From positions 1-64,000 of the IMG/VR virus record IMGVR_UViG_3300042446_000499: a stretch of 64,000 nucleotides of DNA; one strand, 5' to 3'. Every line of letters starts with the position of its first letter. The stretch's first letter is position 1. The position numbers and the translations under genes were made by a program. Source of the DNA: a virus. The notes below the pieces were generated by a model that saw nothing but the letters and a program-made list of their open reading frames with translations, had not been told where the DNA came from and made no database searches. Positions 48,359 to 57,701 of the stretch are shown here, one piece after another.

Positions 48359-48499
48359 ATGACTGGTCGCCGCAAGCCTTCTCGCCGTCCAACGGCTAGT
48401 AAGTATCGTAAGGCACTGTCACGCCCACGCCCCGTAGGGATGATGGGTGGCGGTCAAGGCGGCATTCTTGGTGGACCATCTTCTGGAGGGCTTCAGTAA
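48359..48499 (+). CDS. Small Arg/Gly-rich protein (46 aa)
   Basis: Not in track; MTGRRKPSRRPTASKYRK...GGGQGG; TAATG-coupled. Confidence 0.55.
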   Translation: MTGRRKPSRRPTASKYRKALSRPRPVGMMGGGQGGILGGPSSGGLQ

Positions 48500-48987
48500 T
48501 GGCGCAACAGAATACGTTTACTTCATGGAGTAACCCATCTGAGGCTCCAGGTGCTGTCCCTAACAACTTGTATGGACCTGCCCCTGTATTCCGCAGTGGT
48601 AAAGATGAAGCACTGGCTGGTTACCGTTCGCAACCAGATACTTTGCACCCAGACGGTTACCTTGGAACAATGTCTTCCAACCGCCGTCAAGATAAAGTTC
48701 TAGGAACACTTAGTCGCATGAACGCTCGGCAGTACAGCCGAGGCGTACACAAAGGCGAACGCATTAATTCTGGCGATTATGTATGGCCTGCTGAGTTTAA
48801 CCCCATGACTGCGCTTGTATTACAATCGCAAGGGAAGAAGTTTGCACCACCAGGTGCAGAACCTGTTCGGTTAACAAACGATGGAAAAGTCGGACCACGG
48901 GGAATCCCTTCCCCAGATGTAGCACCAGTTGAAATGAACCCACAACGACGCTCTTATTTTAAGAGCCTTATGCCTGCTTGGAGATAA
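48499..48987 (+). CDS. Hypothetical protein
   Basis: PDGYLGT, YSRGVHKGERI; coupled operon. Confidence 0.65.
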   Translation: MAQQNTFTSWSNPSEAPGAVPNNLYGPAPVFRSGKDEALAGYRSQPDTLHPDGYLGTMSSNRRQDKVLGTLSRMNARQYSRGVHKGERINSGDYVWPAEFNPMTALVLQSQGKKFAPPGAEPVRLTNDGKVGPRGIPSPDVAPVEMNPQRRSYFKSLMPAWR

Positions 48988-48990
48988 CTG

Positions 48991-49365
48991 ATGGCTTATA
49001 AAGTAAGACGCTCATCACATGGTGGAGACCGCCGACATGGTCGTTCCCTCATTGAGACCCTTAACGATGGTAATGACACCAATGTTGATGCATCTGATGC
49101 TGAAACCTATGACGAAACCGTAGGACCTCGTGACATGGTTCGCCGTCCAAACACTGAAGAGTGGGGAGAACGTGCTGAGGGTTACCGTGTTTTTTCGGGT
49201 GATAGCGATGACGCAGAACAAGTGCGAATGGTATTTGCCGCAAACGAAGGTCGTTCAACTGGCGGAAGAGGAAAAGTTAGATTTACTAACTGGGAAGAGC
49301 CTGAAGAAGTAGACGAAAAGTTAGAACGTAAAAAGTGGGAAAAAGAAACGGGTATGAGTTACTAA
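48991..49365 (+). CDS. Small charged protein (tag family)
   Basis: N-terminal GGDRRHGRSL. Confidence 0.6.
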   Translation: MAYKVRRSSHGGDRRHGRSLIETLNDGNDTNVDASDAETYDETVGPRDMVRRPNTEEWGERAEGYRVFSGDSDDAEQVRMVFAANEGRSTGGRGKVRFTNWEEPEEVDEKLERKKWEKETGMSY

Positions 49366-49580
49366 TGGGTGGGCACAGAGACGATGGAACGTTCGCAGAG
49401 GACAAATCCAAAGGACGTAGTTTAGATAAAACTACTTATTTTTCTCAATTTAACGATGATGCACCAGCAAGTGGTATGCCTCGTCCAGACCTAGACGAAG
49501 TGCTAGACCCTTGGGACCCCGAGGACATTGAGGAAGAACAAACACTTAAAGAAGAGCGTCTGAAGAAAGGACACTACTAA
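49365..49580 (+). CDS. Small acidic protein (tag family)
   Basis: TAATG start; MGGHRDDGTFAEDKSKGRSL. Confidence 0.65.
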   Translation: MGGHRDDGTFAEDKSKGRSLDKTTYFSQFNDDAPASGMPRPDLDEVLDPWDPEDIEEEQTLKEERLKKGHY

Positions 49581-50011
49581 TGACTACTGACCACAGAGGT
49601 CGCCCTGTTGGGGGCAACCACCGCTCAACACCACGTGTACAGCAAGCAATTGCTAAACAAATTCAACGTGATACTAACATTAGCCTTTATGAATCAGCAG
49701 GGCTTGCATCTAATGTAATTAGAGCACATCGCCAAGGTTCCCCCCTTAGTGGACGTGGTCCAATTGAAACAGGTCCAGTACAAACAGGTCTTCGTCCATA
49801 CGTTGGTGACAAAGAATACAATGAGGTTATGGACCGTGTGGGACCAGGTGCATATGACCACGGGCGAGATGATGCATGGAGCGATACAGCCGCCAGCATT
49901 AATTACCCACATGAAGTTAACCGTGCAGTTCGTACTGAAGGTGGAACGGGTAGTTACATTGGTAAAGCCGTAAAGAACCGCCAAGGTTACGCCGAGGATG
50001 ATTCATTCTAA
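49580..50011 (+). CDS. Hypothetical protein (tag family, paralog of 52375)
   Basis: MTTDHRGRPVGGNHRSTPRV. Confidence 0.65.
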   Translation: MTTDHRGRPVGGNHRSTPRVQQAIAKQIQRDTNISLYESAGLASNVIRAHRQGSPLSGRGPIETGPVQTGLRPYVGDKEYNEVMDRVGPGAYDHGRDDAWSDTAASINYPHEVNRAVRTEGGTGSYIGKAVKNRQGYAEDDSF

Positions 50012-50226
50012 TGGGTGGACCACGTGACGACGGTGCATCCGCCGAAGACAAAGCGCACCATGAAGGTCGCAAAGTTTCACGTGCTCACATTGCACGTAGA
50101 TTTAGTCCAGGTAAGGGTCCAGGGTCCTCCTATGGTACTTGCGTAGGTTGTAATACAGAACAACCTGTTGGTATGTCAGGTCGTTGCCATGACTGTGGTA
50201 CAGAAGACTCAGGAACCGATAAGTAA
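50011..50226 (+). CDS. Small Zn-ribbon protein (tag family)
   Basis: MGGPRDDGASAEDKAHHEGRKV; CVGC..CHDC. Confidence 0.65.
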   Translation: MGGPRDDGASAEDKAHHEGRKVSRAHIARRFSPGKGPGSSYGTCVGCNTEQPVGMSGRCHDCGTEDSGTDK

Positions 50227-50534
50227 TGCCCCAAGTCCCCTATAAGCCTTGGCAATCCCGACAGGAAATGCTCATAGATATGTCGTTGCAAAGCGCCATT
50301 TCTGACCCTGAGACCATCAGAGCAATTCGTCCTATCGTGCCACAGCAACTCATGCCTGAAAGATTAGGTTTTTCTAAGCAAGAGATGGGAATTATGGACG
50401 TTCTAAACACCGATAGGTTTGCGCCGACTTATCGTTCTTGGGTCTCAGGCGCACCAGTAATGTTCCGTAACGGCTTTATCGCAGATGACTTCACAGGTTC
50501 TAGCCGCTATTCAATGCAAGGATTATCAACATAA
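50226..50534 (+). CDS. Hypothetical protein
   Basis: TAATG-coupled at both ends. Confidence 0.6.
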   Translation: MPQVPYKPWQSRQEMLIDMSLQSAISDPETIRAIRPIVPQQLMPERLGFSKQEMGIMDVLNTDRFAPTYRSWVSGAPVMFRNGFIADDFTGSSRYSMQGLST

Positions 50535-52027
50535 TGCCAGTAAATGATTACCGCCAAGACCAAGCACAACAAACGTTTGATGCTCAACAACAACAAGGTG
50601 CTCGTCAACGTACGTTTGGCTTCCAAACAGGATTAGGAACACAAGCACCAACAGGTGCCGCACCTACTGCTGGACCAGTTGGCTCTATGGGACCACGCCA
50701 AGGACCAAACACAGGTGCAACACCAAACTACGGTATCCCTGCACAGACAAATTATGGTGCAGGCAATAGTTCAGGTCGTTCAGGCACCATGCCTACAGGT
50801 GGAAGCACCAGTTCTATGTCTCAAGCATGGGGTGGTTCTGGTGGAAACGCACAGCAATCCATTACACAGCCAGCAGGCAGTCGTGCACTTCGCCGTGGTT
50901 CTACCGTTCAACAACAAAATGTTGGAAATACTTACCGTTCCTACAGCATGGGTAACGATGATTTTAGTAACAATAACTTTGGCGATGTGCTTGGTGCAGG
51001 TGCTCAACAAGACAAGCGTGTCCAATCAAGTGTTATCCAAACTGGTGGAAACTCTGTTACCCAAGACGCCAGTGGTGGCGCTGGTGGTCGTACAGGAAAC
51101 GGTGGAGCCGCTCCTGGTGGTGCAGGTGGAGCAGGAGGTGGAGCAGCCGCTCCAGCCGCTCCAAAACGTGCTCGTACAGGTGGGCGTGTTGCTGGTCAAG
51201 TATCTGACACCCCAGGCGCTCAAGCCGCACGTACTCGCCGTGCAAACAGCAAAGCCGCTGGTGGCGCTGGTGGCGCTGGTGGCGCTGGTGGCAAAGGTGG
51301 AAACAGTGGAGCAGCACCAGGTGGCGCAGGTGGGCAGAACACCGCCACAGTAGGTGACCAAATCAGCGTTGATTTTGGAGCACCTTCATTTGCTACAAAA
51401 AACCCGAAAGCACCAGCACCAACTGGAGACGTAAGTGTTAATTCTGGTAATAGAACAATTTCTCAAAAAGGTAAAGACCTTTCTGCGTCCCAGTCGGATG
51501 ATAGTAGTACAAAAACCACAACTACAAATACGACTAATCCTCCTCCAGCGCCCCCTGCCGCACCTCCAGCAGGTGGTGCCACACCAACTACTCCTCCACC
51601 TCCAGCAGGTGGCGGTACGCCAGCACCAGCAACTCCTAAAAAGAGTGGAGCACCTGCTACGCCAGCCGCTCCAGCGCCTGCGCCACGTACACAGGCACCT
51701 TCACCTAGACCAACTGCTGCTCCTGGACCAACTCCAGCAGGTCCTCAAGCACAAGTAACAGGACCTGCTACAGCAGGACCACCACAAGTTCAACCAGCCG
51801 CTCCAGCACCTGCACCTGCTAAAGCAACTCCTGCACCAGCGGCGGCTCCAGCCGCAAAGACAGCACCAGCCGCAAAGCCTGTTGCTAAAAAAGAAGCAGT
51901 TAAAAAAGCAGCCACTAAAAAAGTAGATGCTGCTGTTAAAGAAACACCAGCACCTGCTAAAGAAACTCCTGCAAAGAAGGAACCTGCAAAGAAAGCGGCG
52001 GCTCCTAAGAAAGACCCAAAAGCGTAG
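50534..52027 (+). CDS. 497-aa intrinsically disordered protein (Q/G-, G/A-, P/A-, K/A-rich blocks)
   Basis: Long ORF with phage-typical codon use; histone-H1-like PAKK tail. Confidence 0.75.
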   Translation: MPVNDYRQDQAQQTFDAQQQQGARQRTFGFQTGLGTQAPTGAAPTAGPVGSMGPRQGPNTGATPNYGIPAQTNYGAGNSSGRSGTMPTGGSTSSMSQAWGGSGGNAQQSITQPAGSRALRRGSTVQQQNVGNTYRSYSMGNDDFSNNNFGDVLGAGAQQDKRVQSSVIQTGGNSVTQDASGGAGGRTGNGGAAPGGAGGAGGGAAAPAAPKRARTGGRVAGQVSDTPGAQAARTRRANSKAAGGAGGAGGAGGKGGNSGAAPGGAGGQNTATVGDQISVDFGAPSFATKNPKAPAPTGDVSVNSGNRTISQKGKDLSASQSDDSSTKTTTTNTTNPPPAPPAAPPAGGATPTTPPPPAGGGTPAPATPKKSGAPATPAAPAPAPRTQAPSPRPTAAPGPTPAGPQAQVTGPATAGPPQVQPAAPAPAPAKATPAPAAAPAAKTAPAAKPVAKKEAVKKAATKKVDAAVKETPAPAKETPAKKEPAKKAAAPKKDPKA

Positions 52028-52155
52028 AGGAGTCTCCTAAAGAGGCTCCAAAAGCACCCATGGAGATGGACGTAAGACCAAATCCACAAGGCGTCAATGA
52101 ACGCCACGTAAAAGTCGGAGACCAATGGGTCCCATTATCAAAGTATAATAAATGA
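52015..52155 (+). other. Candidate programmed -1 frameshift and 44-aa extension frame
   Basis: C CCA AAA heptamer, 7-nt spacer, GGAGTCTC-CTAAA-GAGGCTCC hairpin; -1 frame open to TGA at 52153-52155. Confidence 0.6.
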
Positions 52156-52167
52156 TAGGATTATAGT

Positions 52168-52365
52168 ATGGCAGTTAATGATTCCCGTTCCATGAATATG
52201 GACCTCATCCGTGGCGCAGGCGACGGAAAATTCAAATCTCTCACCCCAAGTCGTGGTGGAGAAGTTGACCCAACCTCAGCAACAATTCGTAAGGAACAGT
52301 TGCAAATTCAATATAATGTTCAGACGTCACCAGACTTTCCGAACTATGAAACACACTTGCGATAG
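52168..52365 (+). CDS. Hypothetical protein (MAVNDSRSMN...)
   Basis: TAGGAT 6 nt upstream (leaderless). Confidence 0.65.
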   Translation: MAVNDSRSMNMDLIRGAGDGKFKSLTPSRGGEVDPTSATIRKEQLQIQYNVQTSPDFPNYETHLR

Positions 52366-52374
52366 GAGCAACTG

Positions 52375-52752
52375 ATGGGAACAGACCACAAAGGACGCCG
52401 TATCGGTGACAACCATAAAGCAACGCCACGCATTTCTCAAATGCTTGCGTACAAAATGGGTTATGACCCTAAATTTTTAGGTGGCGCTATTCCAGAAGAA
52501 TACCGTGAAGAAACTGCTCAAAATTTGATTGATTCACACCGTGCTGGTGTGGGAAGAGGTCGTGGTGGTTCTAACGCAACACCATTGATTTCAGATGTTG
52601 TTAAAAATCGTCACGGTATTGTAGATGGTATTGCTGAAGAAAGGTACCAACGTGCCTGGAATGTGACAAGCCCACGAGAAGAATGGGGCAATGATGATGG
52701 CAGGAATTCTTATTTGTTTGACCACCCTGATGACCCACCACGAGGGTACTAG
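52375..52752 (+). CDS. Hypothetical protein (tag family, paralog of 49580)
   Basis: MGTDHKGRRIGDNHKATPRI; AGGAG RBS. Confidence 0.65.
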   Translation: MGTDHKGRRIGDNHKATPRISQMLAYKMGYDPKFLGGAIPEEYREETAQNLIDSHRAGVGRGRGGSNATPLISDVVKNRHGIVDGIAEERYQRAWNVTSPREEWGNDDGRNSYLFDHPDDPPRGY

Positions 52753-52802
52753 ACAACCTACTTAATTGTCCTGTAGGCTGAGAGCCTACCAAGGAGTATA
52801 AA

Positions 52803-53270
52803 ATGGCTGAAACAGGTTTTGACCGTATCCTCGTTTGCAAACATCATGGTGTTATGTACAAGATGCGTCCTTATGATGGACCACCTGAGTATGACCAAGA
52901 ACTTATTGAGTTGTGCAATCGTCACAATGCTCAGTTCCCTGACTCAGATAAATGTCGTGCAACCATCTACCGAACAGACCCAGAGACGGCTAGTAAATTG
53001 GATATGGAGTCAGCACTTACAAAAGAGTTGTCTGACCATGACGTGTACATCAAAGATTACCGTGATGACTTAAAGGTTGAAGCCCTGAAATGTTTTAACC
53101 AGCACAATCGCCCTAGTGATGGTTGCCCTGATTGGTGCATTGAGGCTAAAACTATTGGTCGCAAGATTGGTGTTCCGCCAGAGAAGCGCCAGTATCTCTG
53201 CATGTATTGCCCTGCTGGTGCACACGTTGCACACATTGAACGTAAGGCTATGGGGCTTTACGACCAATGA
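52803..53270 (+). CDS. Cys/His-rich metal-binding protein
   Basis: CKHH, CFNQHNRP..CPDWC, YLCMYCP; AAGGAG RBS. Confidence 0.65.
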   Translation: MAETGFDRILVCKHHGVMYKMRPYDGPPEYDQELIELCNRHNAQFPDSDKCRATIYRTDPETASKLDMESALTKELSDHDVYIKDYRDDLKVEALKCFNQHNRPSDGCPDWCIEAKTIGRKIGVPPEKRQYLCMYCPAGAHVAHIERKAMGLYDQ

Positions 53271-53758
53271 TTTTTATTACCTTTGATACTCTTGCTAGCC
53301 CAGCAGAGTCATTGGGCGCAAGACAACCCCGTCCTGAAACACGTCGTTTGTGGAGTGCTTTATTTCCTCATTACCATGGGCGCATTGTGGTTATTGCAGA
53401 TGGCATCCCTCGGGATGGTATTAACGGTGAAGAAATTCTTAAAGAATGGTTAAAGCGTGAAGGGTTTAAAGCAACTTCTGTAGATATTTCTAGCGAGAAG
53501 AGTTCTGAAGTTGTGTATGACCGAGTCATGGCTCTTGCGTCAGTATTTGGAAAACCTCATTGGTTCATTGACACCAACCCTGAATCTATTGCTAAAGTGG
53601 CTCGCTACGGCATACCTACACTTTTAATGACCATTCCACATACCATTCGTCCTGAATGGGATAAAGGTCGGGAAATCAAAGGTTGGGATACGCTTGTAGA
53701 AGAAATCAATAAGCAAGAAATGGCTAAAAAAGAAAGAAGTTGGGGCGACATTGAGTGA
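53267..53758 (+). CDS. Degenerate HAD-like protein
   Basis: MIFITFDTL start, WFIDTNP..GIPTLL. Confidence 0.4.
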   Translation: MIFITFDTLASPAESLGARQPRPETRRLWSALFPHYHGRIVVIADGIPRDGINGEEILKEWLKREGFKATSVDISSEKSSEVVYDRVMALASVFGKPHWFIDTNPESIAKVARYGIPTLLMTIPHTIRPEWDKGREIKGWDTLVEEINKQEMAKKERSWGDIE

Positions 53759-53990
53759 CATGACGTTTGAAGAATGGTATCAAATTGGGATGGATAAGAG
53801 TTTCTGTGGTCCACCTATATGTGTAGAACACGATGGATACCCAAGCACAGAAGATGAAGACGCATGGTGCGAAGAGAATGGTGAGATGCCTTGTTTCTCC
53901 ATGGTTCGCCTATACGCCGATGACCTTGAACGCCTACTTGTAGAGCAGAACCACTCCCCTTCGGTGTGGCGCAGAGTTGGCTGGGAATGA
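53751..53990 (+). CDS. Small acidic Cys/His protein
   Basis: CGPPICVEHDG.P...PC..VRLY. Confidence 0.6.
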   Translation: MSDMTFEEWYQIGMDKSFCGPPICVEHDGYPSTEDEDAWCEENGEMPCFSMVRLYADDLERLLVEQNHSPSVWRRVGWE

Positions 53991-55423
53991 AAATATACTT
54001 TGGTGGTGCTGAGAAAGGCTCTTACCGAAACATGCTGTTATCCGCAGGGGTAACTCGTTTTGGTATCAATCTGACTCATCTCCCTGTCCCAAAGAAAAAA
54101 GAACAAGACCTTGGCACCATGTTCAATGGTGGAGAGGTTCTTCTTTATGTTTCTGAGACAGACGAAGACATCGCTAAGTACGATACTTTTATTCGTCAGC
54201 ATGCTGACAACCTCAGTATTGTCATTGGACAGCCCCAGTACGATGGTGCATGGCTTGGAGAAAAGTACGTTCCTATCTGGAATGACCCCGAAGACCTTGA
54301 GAGGTTGGCATGGTTGTGCCAGCGACATGGCAAGGTTGCTATCTCTGACAAGGCTATTAACGGTAAGAACCTAAACCGAATCAAGCAGTTGTCAACCCGA
54401 TGGGGCACCCACCTCATTGGTCTCACATCTAAGCCTGACTTGATTGAAAGCATTGCTTGGGACTCCGTTGTGGTGGTCTCATGGACGTCTGTCATCCGCT
54501 ATGGCGAGACACAGGTGTGGGATGGGCATGGGCTACGCAGGTACCCAGCACAACAAAAAGACTCTGCTCGTAAGAAACATCGTGCCGATATTATTCGCCT
54601 TGGTATTGACATTGACGCAGTCATGGAAGACGAAGTGTCTGCCGTTGGTTCGCTTGCTATTGAGTCTTGGAAGCAATGGGAAACTAAAACATTTGGGGGC
54701 TATGACCACATGCAAGACGATGATGAGCAAGAATTTGGTACCCCTAAAAACGGGGACATAATTGCTACCAACCCTAATACCCCTGATGCAGGAAACGTGG
54801 TTCCTAGGGGTACAAGTATTGCTACCAACGTGCCTGAGAAGCGGCACGAGGGTAACCGTGTATTGCTACCAGTAATGGGTGTAGAGAACATTACCTCTAT
54901 GGGGTCGCAAAGCCTTGATAGAGAAGGGGAATCTATTGAAATTGCCCCTGAAATAACCCCCCTGCTTAGGTACAATGCGAACCCTTTACGACAGTGTAAT
55001 AATTGCTACTTATCCTCACGTTGTCCCTCATTTCAAGAAAATACTGAGTGTGCGTTTTCTTTGCCGATTGAGATTCGGACTAAAGACCAACTTAGTGCCG
55101 CAATGAGGGCGCTTGTAGAGATGCAAGTGGGTCGTGTGATGTTCGCTAGGTTTGCTGAAGAGATGGAAGGGCAAGGTCTTGACCCGTCTCTGTCGGCTGA
55201 AATGGACAGAGTGTTTGCCCTTGTAGAGAAGATGCGAAACATCTCAGACAACCGAGAGATGGTCAGTCTCAAGGTAGAAGCAAGTGGCTCCAGTGGCGTA
55301 CTGTCCCGACTGTTTGGACAAAAGGCTGGGGAGCATGCTCGCCAACTCCCCAACGGTGGATTTGACAGTGGACAAACCGACGCCCTTTACGCAGACATAA
55401 TTGATTTATCTGAAGAGAGTTGA
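53987..55423 (+). CDS. TGT/DpdA-like degenerate barrel fused to Cys-cluster C-terminal domain
   Basis: MKIYFGG, VPIW, HLIGLT..WDSV...SW..IRYG pattern; CNNCYLSSRCP..EC; GVLSRLFG. Confidence 0.4.
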   Translation: MKIYFGGAEKGSYRNMLLSAGVTRFGINLTHLPVPKKKEQDLGTMFNGGEVLLYVSETDEDIAKYDTFIRQHADNLSIVIGQPQYDGAWLGEKYVPIWNDPEDLERLAWLCQRHGKVAISDKAINGKNLNRIKQLSTRWGTHLIGLTSKPDLIESIAWDSVVVVSWTSVIRYGETQVWDGHGLRRYPAQQKDSARKKHRADIIRLGIDIDAVMEDEVSAVGSLAIESWKQWETKTFGGYDHMQDDDEQEFGTPKNGDIIATNPNTPDAGNVVPRGTSIATNVPEKRHEGNRVLLPVMGVENITSMGSQSLDREGESIEIAPEITPLLRYNANPLRQCNNCYLSSRCPSFQENTECAFSLPIEIRTKDQLSAAMRALVEMQVGRVMFARFAEEMEGQGLDPSLSAEMDRVFALVEKMRNISDNREMVSLKVEASGSSGVLSRLFGQKAGEHARQLPNGGFDSGQTDALYADIIDLSEES

Positions 55424-55455
55424 CAAGTCCCCAAATAAGGACATAGACTCCGTAC
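55420..55455 (+). promoter_or_regulatory. SigA-type promoter TTGACA-N18-TAGACT, leaderless
   Basis: -10 lies 6 nt before ATG 55456. Confidence 0.65.
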
Positions 55456-56472
55456 ATGTCTAAACATGTACTAGTAACTGGCGGTTGTGGTTTTGCAGGT
55501 CACCATCTTATTGAACACCTCCTCGTCAACACCGATTGGGAAATCACGATAGTTGATTCCCTTACCTATGCAGGACGGGTTGACCGCTTAACGGACATCA
55601 ATGGGTATGACCCCAAGCGTGTTCACATTATGTGGCATGACCTACGCTCCCCGATGCCTCCAAACACCCCTGATGTAAATTATGTTCTACACCTTGCGGC
55701 TGAGTCGCATGTGGATAGGTCAATTACCAATCCAGTTCCTTTTATTTTGAACAACATCATGGCAACCACCAACCTTGTGGAGTGGGCACGTCACCAAGAC
55801 AACCTAGAACACTTTATTCAGATTTCTACTGATGAGGTGTATGGTCCTGCCCCTGAAGGTTACGCACACCGTGAGTGGATTGACCCCATGCTTCCATCTA
55901 ACCCATATGCGGCTAGCAAGGTTGGGCAAGAGGCTGTTGCTATCTCTTACTGGCGCACATACGGTCTCCCCCTGACTATTACTAACACTATGAACTTGTA
56001 TGGGGAACGTCAAGACATTGAGAAGTTTGTTCCTAAGACCATGAAGGCACTACTTGCAGGAGACAAAGTTATTTTGCATGGTCGGGAAGCAAAACATGGG
56101 TTTGTGTATTCATCACGACATTGGCTACATGCTCGTAACCATGCTGATGCTTTGCTTTGGCTCTTGCGTGAAACAACCCCTTACGTATACGGAACCAGCC
56201 CTGTCTTTCCTCAACTTCCAAATCGTTGGCACGTGGCTGGTGAAGAACGCAACGTACTAGAAATGACATATGAAATTGCCAAAACACTTGGTGTTAAAAA
56301 CATTAATCATGAGAACGTTGATTACCACTCAAGTCGCCCAGGTCATGACCACCGTTACGCACTGGACAACAGCAAAATTATGAACGCTGGATGGAAACCT
56401 CCGTACAGCCTTGAAGAGGCACTGACAAAAGCAGTGGAATGGACAATGGAGAACCAAAAATGGGTGAAATGA
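55456..56472 (+). CDS. rmlB: dTDP-glucose 4,6-dehydratase
   Basis: VTGGCGFAG, DSLTYAG, HLAAESHVDRSI, STDEVYG, YAASK, RPGHDHRY. Confidence 0.9.
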   Translation: MSKHVLVTGGCGFAGHHLIEHLLVNTDWEITIVDSLTYAGRVDRLTDINGYDPKRVHIMWHDLRSPMPPNTPDVNYVLHLAAESHVDRSITNPVPFILNNIMATTNLVEWARHQDNLEHFIQISTDEVYGPAPEGYAHREWIDPMLPSNPYAASKVGQEAVAISYWRTYGLPLTITNTMNLYGERQDIEKFVPKTMKALLAGDKVILHGREAKHGFVYSSRHWLHARNHADALLWLLRETTPYVYGTSPVFPQLPNRWHVAGEERNVLEMTYEIAKTLGVKNINHENVDYHSSRPGHDHRYALDNSKIMNAGWKPPYSLEEALTKAVEWTMENQKWVK

Positions 56473-57200
56473 TTACCGACATTGGCATGGACATGGATGG
56501 GGTTGTTTACCCCTTTGTCAATGCTTTCAAAAGTTATTGTGCTGAACGTCAAGGAAAGTTGTTTCTTCCTGAGCCAACAAGTTGGCATTTCTATGAAGAC
56601 TGGGACATGGATGAACACACATTTCATGAATGGGTAGAAGACGCCGCTACAAACTACGAAGTGTTCTCTTCTCAAAAACCCTACGCAGGGGTAACAGATG
56701 CATGGAATGAACTACGTGCTATGGGTATCAAAATCCACGTCCTCACCGCACGTCCTCAAGCCGCATGGGAGCAAACGGCTAAGTGGCTGACTGCACAAGG
56801 TTTGGTTGCTGACAGTCTGCACTTTAACCCCACAAAAGGCTTTCTCACAAAGATTGCAAAAGGTCAAGCACTTATTATTGACGACCATGTCCAGTATTAC
56901 GATGAAGCAGAAAAGAATGACATCATTCCTGTTCTTATGACTCGTGCATGGAACACACATAAAGAAGACGCAACACGTGTAAATAACTTGTCTGAATTAG
57001 TATCCCTCATACGTGGTTACAACCTTGTAAAGAAAACTGAAAAGACTTCTATGTCTAAGAAATTAGCAACGTACTACAAAGAAGAAAAGCCATCTCCATA
57101 CATGAAAAAATTGCATGAACGGTACCCAGTAGAACCTCATAAGAAACCAGAACCAATTTGGACGTACCCAACAAAAGACGATGGGGTTTGGCGAAACTAA
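56469..57200 (+). CDS. 5'(3')-deoxyribonucleotidase (NT5C-like HAD)
   Basis: DMDGV, LTAR, IIDD, AWN. Confidence 0.8.
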   Translation: MITDIGMDMDGVVYPFVNAFKSYCAERQGKLFLPEPTSWHFYEDWDMDEHTFHEWVEDAATNYEVFSSQKPYAGVTDAWNELRAMGIKIHVLTARPQAAWEQTAKWLTAQGLVADSLHFNPTKGFLTKIAKGQALIIDDHVQYYDEAEKNDIIPVLMTRAWNTHKEDATRVNNLSELVSLIRGYNLVKKTEKTSMSKKLATYYKEEKPSPYMKKLHERYPVEPHKKPEPIWTYPTKDDGVWRN

Positions 57201-57526
57201 TGACTACATCTTCACGAGCAAAACTGTTGGTAGATGCTTCTAACCTAATTGACGGAGACCGTAACGTTCAATATGGCGACCCCATTGACGACTTCTCACT
57301 TACAGCCTCTATGTGGGAAGCCTACTTACGCCGTATTGTTATTACACGTAATACTGGTGGAGAAGTATTTCTTGACCCACATGATGTTGCTGTCATGATG
57401 TTGCTTGTAAAGGTATCTCGTTTAGCACAGTCCCCTGAAAAGCAAGACCATTGGTTAGACATTGCTGGATACGCAGGATGTGGTTGGGAGTGTGCTGAAC
57501 AAATGTACAAACCTAGTGGACACTGA
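57200..57526 (+). CDS. DUF6378-like (all-alpha NTP pyrophosphatase-related) protein
   Basis: GDRNVQYGDP, DVAVMM..KVSR, DHWLDIAGYA. Confidence 0.75.
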   Translation: MTTSSRAKLLVDASNLIDGDRNVQYGDPIDDFSLTASMWEAYLRRIVITRNTGGEVFLDPHDVAVMMLLVKVSRLAQSPEKQDHWLDIAGYAGCGWECAEQMYKPSGH

Positions 57527-57701
57527 AGAAACAAAACAAGCCTACGCACGTGCGATGGGCTACACAACAAATGAAGATTACGCACAACTCAAAGCAGACT
57601 ATGAAGCACTCAAGAAACGTTATGAACAAATACTGGTTGCTGTTGAAGACAGCACTGAAGCGGTTCTTAGAATTGCTAGAGAAGGCAAAATGGATTTGTA
57701 A
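57516..57701 (+). CDS. Small coiled-coil protein
   Basis: TAATG coupling to WhiB. Confidence 0.5.
   Translation: MDTEETKQAYARAMGYTTNEDYAQLKADYEALKKRYEQILVAVEDSTEAVLRIAREGKMDL

Noticed and set aside
50655-51758. Long alternative-frame ORFs (232 aa, 107 aa) within the disordered gene
   Set aside because: Leu/Val/Gln-rich shadows caused by codon bias of the main low-complexity ORF; no RBS or motifs
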